Positions 27,381-40,832 of a stretch of 64,000 nucleotides of DNA are shown here, piece after piece. This DNA comes from the human T2T-CHM13v2.0 reference genome, Homo sapiens. Each line of letters opens with the position of its first letter. Position 1 is the stretch's first letter. The stretch lies in the NCBI RefSeq assembly GCF_009914755.1, contig NC_060932.1; one strand, given 5' to 3'. The notes beneath the pieces were generated by a model that saw only the letters and a program-made list of their open reading frames with translations, did not search any database and was not told the DNA's origin. A program made the translations under genes and the position numbers.

Positions 27381-28470
27381 CCGTCTCTAAAAAAATGTTT
27401 AAAAATGAATGAAAAGTCACACATGAACAGCTAGGTGAGTGGCCCCCTAAAAAGCACACGTGTGATAGGCACTCCAAACTTGACTTCCCACAGGAGCAGG
27501 AACTCATAGCATTTGGGCAGATGTGGCCGACTTTTGAAACAAACTGTGATTAGTTTAGTGGCATCTCCTGCAGTAAAATCTCGTATCATTAAACGAAAGT
27601 GGCAGCCGATCATTGGAAATGAAACCCCACTTTAAGGCCACGTACGTTTCAGGCCACGTTGCTGCTGTTTGGCCTTCTCGGCTGTTATCTGAAAGGGTCT
27701 CTGTTTGCAAAGCCCAACATAAGGGTGTTTCACAGCCTGAGTCGCTGCGATTACAAGGTCATGTGCTTTTGAATCAGGGTGGAATGGCATGGCAGTCTGA
27801 TCAGGTATTGCATTCTCATGCTCTAAGGGGCATCCACAGTATGCCCTGGGTCCTCGGAAGCCCCTGTACAAAATCAGAAGCCCTTCTGTAGGAACTCCTG
27901 TTGCCGACAGCCAGTCAGAGTGGGAGGTGGCTCACTGGAGACCCCCAAAGAGGGTGGCCGATGGCCGAACGCAGGTGACCCGGCAGGAGAAGGCAGAGCT
28001 CTTACAGGAGAGCACCTCGTGAGGTGTCCACTGGTGGAGCCCACACAGACCTTGGTGAGGGTGAGCTGTCAGGAGCTCGTCAGAGCAAAGATCAGGGTGT
28101 GCTTTGCTTCTCTGCAGAGAGGCAGCCTGCCTGACCTGGCCGACTCCCGCGCCACCTGGCTTTATTCCTCTGAAACTGTCTCATGCGCTTAGGGGTTCCC
28201 CCTCGGGAATTCCGAACACTGGACAGTCTCCAGGGGAGATGCTCTTCCACAGCAGCGTCTGTCCTGGCGCCCGGCGCCCGGCAAGCCACACACGGCAGCC
28301 TGCTCAGCTTCCAGCCTGGCTGCCATGTGGCGTTTACCAAGGTGGGATCCTTGTTTTCCTAAATAATAACCTTTGTGAGACTGAACTGTTCTCTCATCTC
28401 ACCCCGAACACGCTACAGTCGTTAACTTCAAACCTGCATTTTAGAGAAAAACACGAAATAAAAATATGTT

Positions 28471-28600
28471 GGCCAGGTGCATTGGCTCATGCCTGTGAAT
28501 CTCAGCGCTTTGGGAGTCCCAGGCTGCAGTGAGCCATGATTGCACCCCTGCAACCCAGCCTGGGTGACAGAGTGAGACCTTGTCTCTAACAAACAATGAA
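28471..28600 (+). mobile_element. Short Alu (monomer or internally deleted)
   Basis: Alu 5' end fused directly to gctgcagtgagccatgattgcacc 3' end. Confidence 0.75.
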
Positions 28601-29684
28601 GTAAAAACCAGTATGTTGACAATCTTCATCTATAAATCATATTTAGTGAGACGTTAAAAGAGTTTGTAAAGAACGAATGATAACATCAGGTTGTTCCCAT
28701 TCAGTCTCAAGGTATAATTGTAGACACATCGGTTTTGCATCCACACTCCCGCGTGGCAATTGCAGGACCATCTGGATATGAAACTGTCTCTTCCTGCTCA
28801 CATAACTGCACTCTTGTTTGACAGACCACAAGTCTTGATTTCTGCATCAAAAATAGTAGCTAAAATATCAGTAACAATGACAAATCAATTCTCATGTCAT
28901 CAACCTTCCTTCCCTTTGCACTCAGTCACCTGCTGGTTTGGGGTTGGCCACGTTGTGCTTGCCTTTGGGGATCTCAGGCATTTTCCCTGGATCTAAAGCA
29001 GCCAATGGTCATTGTTCCCCCATCACAAAGTCTGAGTGGCAAGTACAAGCTGAATATCCTACTTTTGAGAATCCTGCTGACAGTTTTGATGATGCAGGTG
29101 CAGTAGAATTGGGACTCTGTCAAATCTTAACTGAAACAAAACACAAAAAAGAAGTAGGAGACGGGTTTCTGCCCTCCTTTCAGTTTATACCAACGATGCA
29201 AATAAACCCATGAGATTATTAGAAAAGGCAGAGTTTGGGAATCTGTTCTACATCCAACTCTGCCATAACTTGTTTGTAATCTTGGACAAGTCTCTCTTTT
29301 ATGAAACCAACAGCTCAGAACTTTAAAAAGGACAAAACACGAGTTTTTATTTAGATTCCCGTATTTCCACTTGGCTGGAACTTTTAGTAACTAAGTTACT
29401 CAGCAGCAGAGGCATGAAGAATTCTTACCTGGTGATTAACTGTACTTAGGTGTGTTTAAGGTTGTATGGTTTGCATTCATTTTTATTAGCAGGCCAGATT
29501 ACTTAATTGATAAATAATGGTAGTTGTTTAAACATATGGCATTACGTTTTAAATTGTAAAATATTTCAAACACCATAATGCAATATAAAGAAACGCTCAT
29601 GGATCCCACTAAGATTTAATACATGTTATCATTTTGCCACTTAGGCTTCAAATATTTTTTGTTTGTTTGTAAGAAACTAGATGA

Positions 29685-29828
29685 GGCCAGGCGTGGTGCC
29701 TCACTCCTGTAATCTCAGCTCTTCAGGAGGCTGATGCAGGAGGACCAGGGGAGCCCAGGAGTTGAAGACAGCCTGGCAACATAGTGAGACCCTATCTCTC
29801 CAAAAAAAAAAAAAAAAAAAAAAAAAAC
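29685..29828 (+). mobile_element. FLAM_C-like Alu monomer with long A tail
   Basis: ggccaggcgtggtg...caacatagtgagaccc + poly(A). Confidence 0.85.
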
Positions 29829-30519
29829 CACGCACACACACACACAAAGAAGGAACCTGAATGTTACGGTCTATGTGGTGAACAGAGACACTGGAAGCCC
29901 TGTGGTCCCGTCCCCGGCCTCCTCTTCAGAAGTGATCAATACACAAGAATCCATGCCTGTCCTTCCTCTCTCTGTTTTTACACTTCCATAAAAGACATAG
30001 GTGTTTTTTAATGTTTAAAATATACATAAATAGAATTATCCAGTATCTTTTTGCAACTGCAAAGCTTCCGAAATTCAAAATTTTGTTTATGAAATTGACT
30101 CACGTTGAGACATGCAGATCTAGGTCATTTATTTGAACAGTGTTAGCGTGACACAAAACCCATCTAGGAGTCGCTCAATCAATCCTTTTTTGTAGAAAAG
30201 GACACAAAGCAATCTTTCTAAAACCCAAGACTGATCATATTACTGTTCCCGTCACTGCTTCCTTTCTTTAAACGCCGTCAGCAGATCCCATTGTGGTCAA
30301 GGTGACCGGGCCCTTGTGCTGCCCCCACCAGACCCCAAGCACCCCTGCGCTCCGGCCACCCTCGGTCTCTAGAACCTGTCAAGCTTGTCTGTACCTCGAG
30401 GACTTCTCCGGCTGCTCTCCTGCTCCTCTCTCATGCTGCAGCATAACTTTCACATTCTGGGAGGACGCACCTGTCACCACAGTAGAACCAGGTTCATCTG
30501 TCCTTATCTTTTGGAGCCT

Positions 30520-31421
30520 TTATTATTATTATTATTATTATTATACTTTAAGTTCTAGGGTACATGTGCACAACTTGCAGGTTGGTTACATATATATACA
30601 TGTGCCATGTTGGTTTGCTGCACCCATTAACTCGTCATTTACATTAGGTATTTCTCCTAATGCTTTCCCTCCCCCAGCTCCCCAGCCCCCGACGGGCCCC
30701 GGTGTGTGATGTTCCCCGCCCTGTTTCCAAGTGATTTCATTGTTCAGTTCCCACCTTTGAGTGAGAACATGTGGTGTTTGGTTTTCTGTCCTTGTGATAG
30801 TTTGCTGAGAATGATGGTTTCCAGCTTCATCCATGTCACTGCAAAGGACATGAACTCATCCTTTTTATGGTTGCATAGTATTCCATGGTGTATATGTGCC
30901 ACATTTTCTTTATCCAGTCTATCATTGTTGGACATTTGGCTTGGTTCCAAGTCTTTGCTATTGTGAATAGTGCTGCTATAAACATACGTGTGCATGTGTC
31001 TTTATAGCAGCATGATTTATAGTCCTTTGGGCATATACCCACTAATGGGATGGCTGGGTCAAATGGTATTTCTACTTCTAGATCCCTGAGGAATCGCCAA
31101 ACTGTCTTCCACAATGGTTGAACTAGTTTACACTCCCACCAACAGTGTAAAAGCGTTCCTGTTTCTCCACATCCTCTCCAGCACCTGTTGTTTCCTGACT
31201 TTTTAATGATCGCCATTCTAACTGGTGTGAGATGGTACCTCATTGTGGTTTTGATTTGCATTTCTCTGATGGCCAGTGATGGTGAGCATTTTTTCATGTG
31301 TCTGTCGGCTGCATAAATGTCTTCTTTTGAGAAGTGTCTGTTCATATCCTTTGCCCACTTTTTGATGACTTTTTTCTTGTAAATTTGTTTGAGTTGTTTG
31401 TAGATTCTGGATATTAGCCCC
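30520..31421 (-). mobile_element. 5'-truncated L1PA (ORF2 C-terminus + 3' UTR)
   Basis: Translates [15 protein letters not shown]...[25 protein letters not shown]...; (TTA)n tail. Confidence 0.95.
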
Positions 31422-32715
31422 TCCTGGAGTCTTCTTGCTAGTCTCTTCAAGCCTTTGTCCTGGTTCCTGAATCCATTCAAACGTGTGCAGTGGCTCAACG
31501 CTTGCCTTCTGCACTGAGGCTTGAGCCCCATGGGGCTGGGACCAAGTCTGTCTCATTCCTTGCTACCATTTTAGTAGCTGGCGCGCTGTCTGGCACATTG
31601 TAAATACTTCATATATGTCTGCTAAGTAAATGAACAAATGAATGAATATTGCTAATTAATTATCAATATTAACATATCAATGTAAATCTAACAGATTGAC
31701 AGTTGTGAGCAATTGTAGGATTTATTCAGCCCAGGAATCTCTCATTTCCGATTCCAGCTGAGCGTCCTGGTAGGACACTCAACTTTGATTTCAGTTTTAA
31801 AATGAAACAGATTTATTTTAAAAGAGTCAAGTTGACCCAAACATTGCTCAGAGTTGGGTTTCAGAGCTGGACATTTCAGGAGAGTCTTTCAGCCGGTGCC
31901 TCTCTCCAGAGCCCTGGTGCTCTGGTGCGACCTTGGTATTCACGCTTTATGTTTGGCTGAATCAGTAATTCTTGAGTCGGGCCACAGGGAAGGGCAGATG
32001 CTTCCTATTTCAACGTGTTCTCAGTTTCCACCCCAAGGACACTCACAGAAACCTAGAGTAAGATTTGTACTCCTCTGAATCAAAGGCTCTTTTGAATGAG
32101 TACAATGATTTATTTTCATCCAGTTTTCTTTCAGTACTTCCAGATCTGTGATTCCAGTGAGCACAGGCTGTGTTATAACTAGAGCGAGGACAGGCGCCAG
32201 CGGCTCCCTGTCCAATCTTGTTTTGGACCAAGTTGACCGCACACTTCTGTGCAAGGACATCTCATTCCTCTTCTACTTTCAAGTATGGTCCATGCAGGTG
32301 TATCGTCGTGTCAGCAATGAAGGAATGATGGAGTCACTAAGCTCCATACCGCATGGATCTCAGACGCTTGCATTTTTTAAAAAATCCATTAATCAGATAC
32401 AGGAAGCAGATCAGGAAATCTATGCAACAAGTTTCACAGCTGAGGTGTCCCCTCTCTGCACGACGCATCGCCTCCCCGAAGAGCTCATAGCAGGCAGTGG
32501 TTAAGGGGCCAGACACACGAGTGCCCCCTCACCTCCCTTGCGTCTGGCTGCGAACCTGACCACAGAGTCGGAAGCAGGCATCCTCATGGGGTGAGACCAC
32601 AGGGGCTGGAATCCATGGCTCTGACCAAACCTCTTAAACTTGTGACCAGCAGGGGTGAATCACTGCTAATTTGTGAGGGCCAGCTCACTAGGGAACAGAT
32701 AACGATGTCTCAGGT

Positions 32716-32746
<31 letters not shown>

Positions 32747-32970
32747 GAGGCCTCTTGTTGAAGGCTCCAGAGACAGAGGAAGAGAGGAGAATATTGAACT
32801 TTGGTGTTGGTCAGCTGCTAATTTTGTTCAGTCTTCTGAGACTACAAACTTAGTATTTCTGTGCATTGAGCATTTTTTCATTTATGGAATGAAGACGCTG
32901 GTAGATCTGCCTGTCTCAAGTGTGTGAGCTGTGAGACTGAAATGGGACAGTTGCCGGGAAGATGCCGGGA

Positions 32971-33750
32971 GCCTGTCTGGGTAGATGCTGGGCCTTGGCG
33001 CCCTGTCCGGGTGGGTGCTGGGCCTTGGTGCCCTGTCTGGGTAGATGCTGGGCCTTGGCGCCCTGTCTGGGTAGATGCTGCTGGGCCTTGGTGCCCTGTC
33101 CGGGTGGGTACTGGGCCTTGGTGCCCTGTCTGGGTAGATGCTGGGCCTTGGCGCCCTGTCCGGGTAGATGCTGCCGGGCCTTGGCGCCCTGTCCGGGTAG
33201 GTGCTGCCGGGCCTTGGCGCCCTGTCCGGGTAGATGCTGCGGGGCCTTGGCGCCCTGTCCGGGTAGATGCTGCTGGGACTTGGCGCCCTGTCCGGGTAGA
33301 TGCTGCGGGGCCTTGGCGCCCTGTCCGGGTAGATGCTGCGGGGCCTTGGCGCCCTGTCCGGGTAGATGCTGCGGGGCCTTGGCGCCCTGTCCGGGTAGGT
33401 GCTGCCGGGCCTTGGCGCCCTGTCCGGGTAGGTGCTGCCGGGACTTGGCGCCCTGTCCGGGTAGGTGCTGCGGGGCCTTGGCGCCCTGTCCGGGTAGGTG
33501 CTGCCGGGCCTTGGCGCCCTGTCCGGGTAGGTGCTGCGGGGCCTTGGCGCCCTGTCCGGGTAGGTGCTGCGGGGCCTTGGCGCCCTGTCCGGGTAGGTGC
33601 TGTGGGGCCTTGGCGCCCTGTCCGGGTAGATGCTGCGGGGCCTTGGCGCCCTGTCCGGGTAGATGCTGCGGGGCCTTGGCGCCCTGTCCGGGTAGATGCT
33701 GCCGGGCCTTGGCGCCCTGTCCGGGTAGATGCTGTGGGGCCTTGGTGCCC
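32971..33750. repeat. GC-rich 33-bp VNTR (~24 copies; 30-bp variants at the 5' edge)
   Basis: Unit ccttggcgccctgtccgggtag(a/g)tgctgc(g/c)ggg. Confidence 0.97.
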
Positions 33751-34759
33751 TCTTCTTGTCCTGCTGTGGGCCTCTGTAGTTTGGCAGTGACCTTGTCCTT
33801 GGGAGGCACTCCTCCCTGCATGTGAGAAAGCTTGCTAGGGCAGCGGCTGCACCGTGCTCTTTATACACACCGCGTTGAACTCCAGGACTGCCTGGTGAAG
33901 TAGGCGTTTGCTTTTAGGTAAGGGATTACAGTTTCCAAGGATGGGAATCCCCGCACGCTAGCCTAAGCCAGAAGTGGCATTTATTAGCGAACTTACCTCA
34001 GACGCCCCCAGAAGCTGTCCTTCGGCACCACATGCTCCAGGGGTCTCACTCTCCTGTCCTCTTCCCATTTTTAAGTTTTCTGCTGTGTGCATTGTTTCTT
34101 TTCTTCTGCTGGAGATAATGAGCTTTCCCTCGATTCCAGCTCTGTGATCCATGAGGGCAGGGCCCTTGCTCCTGCATCAGCCCAGAGGCCCGTGCATCGC
34201 CAGAGGCTTTGCTCTCCCCACACCAGGTCAGAAGAGCTCAGGGTATCTTGTGGGCAATGAGCTGTGACCTGCCCAGCCAGGATCCCGAGGCCTGCTTCCT
34301 GGGGGTCCTGCACTGCCCTGAGGGAACCCAGTGATGGAGTGGCAGAGAAGGTGCCCACCGGTGAGTGGGCCTTCTCGTTTTAGGACGAGATCACTGAATG
34401 GAGCAAATTGCCTGGGCTCTTGGTGGGAGTAAGTTACAGGGAAGAGACTCCGACCTGGGTGTGTCTGACACCAAAGGGAAGGCTTCCAAACACCTTGACC
34501 TTCCTGGAGCTTTGCCAATGCGTGAAATGTGTGCTTATTTCATCGCGGTAGACACACAGGGAGGTAGGCGTCATGCACGAGGAAGTGCCAGAGATGGGAG
34601 GTCATCTACCCAAGGGCCTTTAGTTGAGGAACGTCTAACTTTCAAACCCACCCTCCCTCTTCTGAAAGGTGCCTGAGCAGCACCTGTTGCCACCCAGGAC
34701 ACGCACTCCTGGACTCTGGCCCCACCTGTTCATTCCACCAGGAAGAGGGGCAGGTTCCT

Positions 34760-34935
34760 GCCGGGCTTTGTCACTGCCTGAAGGGGAGCACGGGTGAGTT
34801 TCCTCATCCCTGAGCCCGGGTTTTCTCAACTGTAAAACGTGGCAGCGCTGCCTGCCTCCCAGGGTGTTTGAAGACTGTGTGGTAACTGATGTCACCTGCA
34901 CAGTTCCTGCACACAGTACAAAAGCACAAATGTTA
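34760..34935 (+). mobile_element. MIR fragment
   Basis: ttttctcaactgtaaaac...gcctcccagggtgtttgaag. Confidence 0.5.
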
Positions 34936-35529
34936 ATTCCTCCACGTGACCCACACGTCCCCCAGATACACTCAGAGAGGAGGAACAGGCAGGGGAGGAA
35001 GGGCCAGACGGATGCCAGGAGAGGGGAGCGAGCTCGGTGGAGGCTTTTTCTTAAATTGGAAGCGGGGGTGGGGTGGGAAACACTGGCTGGAGGTGTAGGT
35101 ACCTGGAGAGATTTCCCAAGGTTAGAAATGCTCCCCATAGTTTAGGAATATGAGTTTAAAATCATGCCTGTTCATAATAGATTTTTAAAATATGTGTAAA
35201 GAGTAAAAAAAAAAATTCATCCCAATCCCCATCCTTATTTTCATACTGTTTTTTCTTTCTATATCTTAAGACTTTTTCAAGTTGGTCTATACTTTAAAAC
35301 CCACAAGTTGTTTTGATTATAAAAGCAGCATATATTTTAGAAAATATTGAAACTCAGCATTTTATTTAGGAGATTTTAAAACCTAGCTGTAATCCAACAT
35401 CCAGATATAACTATTGATCTCTTTTATTTATTTATTTTTTTCAAAACCTTTTTTGTGAGCCCCTACTTGGAGCTGTCATGTGGATAATATCTTAATCTGC
35501 CATTCTTTGTGTAGTTTAAAAACTTGCTT

Positions 35530-35845
35530 TTATTTTGTTATTGTTATTATTTTTGAGACATGGTCTGATTCTGTTGCCCAGGCTGGAATGTAGTGGCATG
35601 ATCTTGACTCACTGCAGCCTTGACCTCTCCCGGGCTCAAGTGATCCTCTGACCCCAGCTTCCCGCGTAGCTAGGGCTACAAATGCTGCACGCCACCACTC
35701 TCAGCTAATTTTTTTTTGTATTTTTAGTAGGGAAAGGGTCTCCCCATGTTGCCCAGACTGGCCTCGAACTCCTTACCTCAGGTTATCCACCCACCTCAGC
35801 CTTCTGAAGTGCTGGGATTACAGTCATGAGCCACCATGCCTGGCC
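35530..35845 (-). mobile_element. AluJ
   Basis: Reverse Alu consensus. Confidence 0.88.
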
Positions 35846-35907
35846 TCTGTGGTTTCATCTGAGTATTTTCAGTTACCATTGTTTTAGTTTCCCTAGCTAA
35901 CATGCAT

Positions 35908-36164
35908 TCATCCATCCATCTATCCATCCAGTCGCCCATCTTTCTGTCCATCCATCTGTCCGTCCATCCGTCCGTCCGTCCGTCCGTCTGTCCATCCATC
36001 CATCCATCCATCCATCCATCCATCCATCCATCCATCTATCCATCCAATCACCCATCTGTCTATCCATCCATCTATCCGTCCATCCATCCATCCATCCATC
36101 CATCCACTCACCCACCCACCCACCCACCCATCCATCCATCCATCCATCCATCCATCCATCCATC
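35908..36164. repeat. (TCCA)n compound microsatellite
   Basis: ccat/ccgt/ccac tetramers. Confidence 0.95.
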
Positions 36165-36495
36165 CAGTTGCCCTTACACAGTCCAGCCTGTGCTAATGGT
36201 AGAGTGAAAGGTAATCCTCCTTTCTGTGAATTTTATGTTTTTATGGAAAGGGATGACACATACACCTCCCTATCTGTAATGATACTATGTGGTGCTAAAA
36301 TAAGACTTTCTCTGCAAACACAGACTGTAGAGCAACTAAAACCGGAAGTGAGGAAGTCTTATTAGAGAATGCACCATGGCAGCTTGAGCCTAAAGAAGGA
36401 GCAAGAATTCTGCTTCTCAAACCAGGATGGGGGTTGTCTTAGGCATCAAGAATTGCACAGGCAAAAGCTATCAATATATGAATACACAATACCCC

Positions 36496-36497
<2 letters not shown>

Positions 36498-36543
<46 letters not shown>
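36498..36543. repeat. (AC)23 microsatellite
   Basis: Perfect dinucleotide run. Confidence 0.97.
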
Positions 36544-36547
<4 letters not shown>

Positions 36548-37342
36548 CCCCATAGATGGTTTATCAGGGGAGCCACAGGCAATTCCATGAGCTCGTGCAG
36601 TAGGACAGAGGGGAGTGAGGCATGAGGGCGGGTGAGTTGGGAGCAGATTGCTCAATACTTCGTTTACCGGCCTACGGAGCTTAGACTTCAGGAATATCTA
36701 TTGTATAAAAGCTCTTCTTCAGGAAATTCCCAATAATTTTACTTCTTCCAATTAAGTCCTGCTAGGAGATTCAGCCTACTGTTATTCCCCTAAATGACCC
36801 CCAGGAGGGCAGGTGGGGGACAGCTGGTGGAGCGAGGCCGGGCCTGCCCCAGGATCCCAGTGCTGCCCCATCTCCTGCTGCGTCAATGCTCAGAACTGCG
36901 CAGAGCACCCTGACTTGCTTGGATTCTGTCTACAGGATGCAGGGGCAACCGGCGACCCGCCTGAACATTCCAGAGGCTTTGCTCAGCCCCGTGCATGGCT
37001 GTGACAGGCGTCAGCTCAGACAGGGCCGGGAGTCTGAATGACTCAAGAGGTGTCATGGCACGGTGGCTGATGGCGTGGGCAGTGGAGCCAGTTGCTTGGC
37101 TCATTTCTGGCTCTGCCCCTTAAAACTGCATGGCTTATAAAATGCATATTGATGAAATCACATAAATGGCTAATCACAACACCTCCCTCCCAGAAGGCTC
37201 CTGCGGGTGCCACGTGTTAATATGATGTAGCACACACCAGAACAGTGCCTGGCAAAATAGACGCCCGCTGCTCTGTGTCCTTTCGGACTCACGTGTTGTC
37301 AGGTCACACTGCAGTCCAGCTGGTCTCTTAGGATGCCCTTCA

Positions 37343-37661
<319 letters not shown>

Positions 37662-38322
37662 AAGCTAAAAGAGTATATACATTGTGCTGTGGTGGGACAG
37701 ACACTCTAATGCATGTTGCTAGGTATATTATGGAACATTTACTTATTCAGTTACTCAAGAAACTCCACCGTGCTGTAGACACCCTCCCCATTTCTAAACT
37801 ACACAGAAAATATTGCTTACAATTGGCTTTAGTTTTCTTTTATCCATGTAGTATCTCGTTGCTTGAACCACTGTAGGAATCCTGAAGGCAGACACTAAGA
37901 GCAGAAGCCACTTTTCTCATTCCCCAGGACAGCACAGAACCTTGCTTTTAGTAGCCGTACGGCCAAGTTAAATATGGGCTGCATTTTACAAGGAAAATGT
38001 ATTTCCTGAGTGGTGTTTCCTCCTGGCTAGTTTTAGGCTGTGTAATTCTGCACATTTTCATGGTCCCTTTACACTATTTTCTGTGCCTTAAAGCATACTG
38101 AGAAAATGTGGATCAGGGCTGGGTGTGAGGACGGCCAGTTCCACGGGGCATCAGTGTCAGTGACGGCACCGACTCCCTTCTTGCTTCACCCACCCTCGGT
38201 CCTGCCTGCCCAGAAGCTGTGGGCCTGTTTTCATTTGGGCCTGGAGAGGAAATAACCTTGAAAAGCAATATTTGTAACAGCAGTTGAAAGTGAACCAATA
38301 CATTGAATCAAAGAGAAATCCT

Positions 38323-38622
38323 GACCGGGCATGGTGGCTCACACCTGTAATCCCAGCAAATTTAGGAGGCCGAGGCAGGTGGACCATTTAAGCCCAGAAG
38401 TTCAGGACCACTCTGGGAAACATAGCGAGATCCTGTTTCTACTAAACATACAAAAATTAGCCAGCTGTGGTGGTGCGCCCCCATAGTCACAGCTACTTGG
38501 GAGGCTGAGGTGGGAGGATCTCTTGAGCCCAGGAGTTGAAGCTGCAGTGAGCCATGCTTGTGTGACTGTCCTCCAGCCTGGATGACAGAGCAAGACCCTG
38601 TCTCAAAAAACAAACAAACAAA
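38323..38622 (+). mobile_element. AluJ
   Basis: Full dimer; aaatcctga on both sides. Confidence 0.88.
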
Positions 38623-38827
38623 AATCCTGAGATTCCCTACAGGTTTCTAAGATGCTATAATTTTTCTTAGACTTATGGCCCTTCTTTCTTAATTAACCTT
38701 GCGATTCATTGGCTACTTAACTGTGTGAATGGCATCTTTCTGGTGCTGATAGAGGCCATGTGGGCACGGCCCACCCAGGCGCTATTCCCAGGGACGCTGT
38801 GGTCTAACAGGGTGTGGTGGGATATAG

Positions 38828-39155
<328 letters not shown>

Positions 39156-40635
39156 TGAGAAGCAAAACATACCACAGAAGTTTACATAAACTCCCTAAGT
39201 CAATGAACACATTCTTTAAAAAAAAATTAAGCTGACTGTAATGATTTGAAAGGAAGACTCTTTTTAGCAAGCAGTATTATTAAAATAGAGCATGATATTT
39301 TATTCTGAATAAGTCCTAATGTCCACATTAAATATATAATGTCCACATTGGGAAATCATACAAAATCTTATTTTTTAATTTGTATTAATCGTAAAGAAAT
39401 GTATAGAAACTTAGAAGTTTAGATATTTATAAGGCCCAGAAGAAACTTACATCTTCTGGGGGAAAATGCTACATATATTTTATTATTTACATTTAATTAA
39501 TACTATTTATATTTAATTAGCCCTTGTTCTTATGAAATGATTTCCTAATTACCAGCAAGGAGGAAACTGGTCACTCCCTGTCTCCCCCGCGCGCCCCCCG
39601 TGCCTTCCATGGAAACTGCAGTGCTGACTTTCTGTGTCGCCTGGTTGTGACTCCAGAAGTGGGCTCAGGAAACCCTTGTTGACGATCACCCAGGGAAAAA
39701 ATCCTTCCAAACCCTCCGGCGGGGGGTGGGCGAGTTTCAGTAATTTCACAGTAACAAGGATGGACGCTCCTCAGGGAGCCTCTTAGTGGAATTCTGATTC
39801 TGGAGCCAACCACAAAATGGTGGCGGTGGGAGGAATCCCTGTGGAAATCCCTGACTTCCCATCCAAAAACATCTGACCCTAACAGTCACCGCGGTTGCTG
39901 ATGCCTCAGAGGACTGCTAGACCCAAAGGCCAACTCCTCTCCATCTATTTTAAGGTAAAAATTTCAGTAATGGGTCATTCTGGAAAAAAAAAAAAAAGTC
40001 TTAATGTTGAGTTTCTTTTAACATAATTTGAGACAGAAAAGGGCCTCCTGCTTAACCTCATTTCCCACATGGTGTGTGACACCACGTCCATTCTGCAGGG
40101 AGACCCGCGGCAGGGCAGGCACGTTCAGTGCTGTGAGACCATCTCCCGGAAGGGCTGCCCAGAGCCTCCTAGAGGGGCGGCGGAGGGCTCCCGAGCCCCT
40201 GATGCAGCCTTGCTGCTGCTACTCAACAGCGTAGCTGAAGATCTTGGTGTCAGAAACAACATCGCTGATGGTGGTGGACAGGGAGCTGCTGGCCTGCTTT
40301 TGCCTGTGGCAGGTGATCTCAATGCAGTGGTGTCTGAGAGGCCTTGTGATTCCTCCCAGTGAGAGTGCGACGCTGTACCATGTTGAGACCATCCCCTGCT
40401 CTGCCAACTTGCTTTGTAATGTGAGCCAAAGGGCACGCAGGGGGACGGCGGCAACGACAGAATACGATAGGGCCACCACCTCTGCTGGAAGGGGCTCCTC
40501 AGAAGGACACAATTTAATAATGTGTGTGTGTTGGAAAAGTAACATAAAGACCGCTTGAATCATGACTTTTGAGATGATTGAGTTTCATTATTTCTTGGGC
40601 CAGCTGGAATAAGAACCAGTTCTAACCCAGGTGTG

Positions 40636-40832
40636 AGTTGAACATCCCAAATTTGAAACTGAAAATGCTCCAAAATCTGAACTGTTTTGAGTGCTGACAT
40701 AATGCTCATTGGATCCTTTCAGATTTGGGGTTTTGGGAGTTGAAATGTAAGTATAAATGCAAGTATTCCAAAATTCAAAAAATGGGAAATCCTGAAGAGC
40801 TCAAGCATTTGGGATGAGGGCTACTCAGCCTC
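40636..40832 (+). mobile_element. Tigger4-type DNA transposon fossil
   Basis: aaatgctccaaaatctgaa...tttgagtgctgacat...caagcatttgggatgagggctactcagcct. Confidence 0.7.

Noticed and set aside
28690-28770. PMCLQLYLE resembling the GREB1 N-terminus
   Set aside because: Too short, with no flanking support
30836-31531. 231-aa ORF
   Set aside because: L1 ORF2 C-terminus of a truncated element, not a host gene
32190-32225. IGQGAAG kinase glycine-loop-like motif on the minus strand
   Set aside because: No VAIK, HRD or DFG motifs follow; treated as chance
32882-33868. Four ~300-aa repetitive ORFs
   Set aside because: By-product of a 33/30-bp (multiple-of-three) VNTR lacking stops
35796-36207. MDGW/HPSI repeat ORFs
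   Set aside because: (TCCA)n microsatellite
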